This document shows, piece after piece, positions 63,468 to 64,000 of a DNA stretch of 64,000 bases (the first letter of the stretch is position 1; each line of letters starts with the position of its first letter). The stretch is from NCBI GenBank assembly GCA_051530055.1, contig CM121341.1, forward strand, positions 13,246,784 through 13,310,783. Direction: 5' to 3'. The DNA comes from Neoechinorhynchus agilis. Taxonomy: Eukaryota > Animalia > Acanthocephala. The notes beneath the pieces were generated by a model. That model made no database searches. It saw only the letters and a list, made by a program, of their open reading frames with translations, and was not told where the DNA came from. The translations under genes and the position numbers were made by a program.

Positions 63468-64000
63468 AACTGATAAATCAGTTCGCCGATTGTCAAACAA
63501 AATTAAAGTGGATTAAAAGATTAAACAATGCGCCTGAATAATCAAGCGGAGATCCATAGGATTATCAACACGCGGTTGGACAAACCGATACTCACCGCTG
63601 TAATAAACTACATGGCGATGTTGGAAAGTTTGAAGAGTCGAGAGCAGCGAATCCCATTCCTTAAGAGATGTCTTAAGAACAAGGTAATTCCAGCATTTAT
63701 ACGGGACGAGTTATCCGCTATGTCACTGCTATGATTCTCACTTCTCCACTTCAAAATTTGTAGATCCCTGAAGAGGCCGTTGAACGGCAAAAGCTTTTAA
63801 AAACAAAAGACTAATTAATCAGTGCGCCGATTGTGAAACAAAATTAAAGGGGGGAAAAGATTAAACAATTCGTCTGGATAATCAAGCGGAGATCCATAGG
63901 ATTATCAACACGCGGTTGGACAAACCGATACTCACCGCTGTAATAAACTACATGGCGATGCTGGAAAGTTTGAAGAGTCGAGAGCAGCGAATCCCATTCC

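Larger units (their letters stand above)
59490..64000. repeat. ~338-bp tandem array in two divergent arms (minus 59490-61613, plus 61614-64000+); each unit = micro-ORF + hammerhead
   Basis: Hammerhead C3 positions: minus 59585, 59926, 60263, 60603, 60940, 61278; plus 61749, 62079, 62414, 62752, 63090, 63429, 63768 (spacing 330-341). Confidence 0.98.

Noticed and set aside
59490-64000. Second, antisense ribozyme within the 338-bp unit (viroid- or obelisk-like)
   Set aside because: No hammerhead core seen on the opposite strand of the unit; both polarities arise only from the array-level inversion.

Overview
Eukaryotic DNA from a compact-genome animal (species not determinable): most introns are 43-50 nt GT-AG, genes are tightly packed, and FAM162 and TMEM62 homologues are present. 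Layout: (1) 1-15.66 kb, a 196-bp satellite that runs directly into a Ty3/gypsy integrase fragment; (2) 16-40 kb, a gene island (orphan membrane protein, Ctr copper transporter, DDI1-like protease, ERGIC-53-like lectin, two FAM162 paralogues, TMEM62, DNAJA, RAD54B-like with a nested tRNA-Trp) interspersed with a MITE-like hairpin, a Penelope remnant, a 295-bp tandem array and a short RTE derivative; (3) 40-59 kb, decayed CR1/L2-like and RTE LINEs, two intronless bacterial-type NADP(H) Zn-alcohol dehydrogenases with mitochondrial-type presequences, a 183-bp satellite, and a 5'-truncated Penelope-like element (PLE) with an inverted pseudo-LTR, a 14-bp TSD and a minimal hammerhead ribozyme; (4) 59.5-64 kb, a ~338-bp tandem array in two divergent arms, each unit carrying a 68-codon micro-ORF and a type I hammerhead ribozyme. 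This last array, a retrozyme-like candidate source of a small, possibly coding circular RNA, is the best candidate for an undescribed system. All calls were made by eye; no database search or folding program was run.
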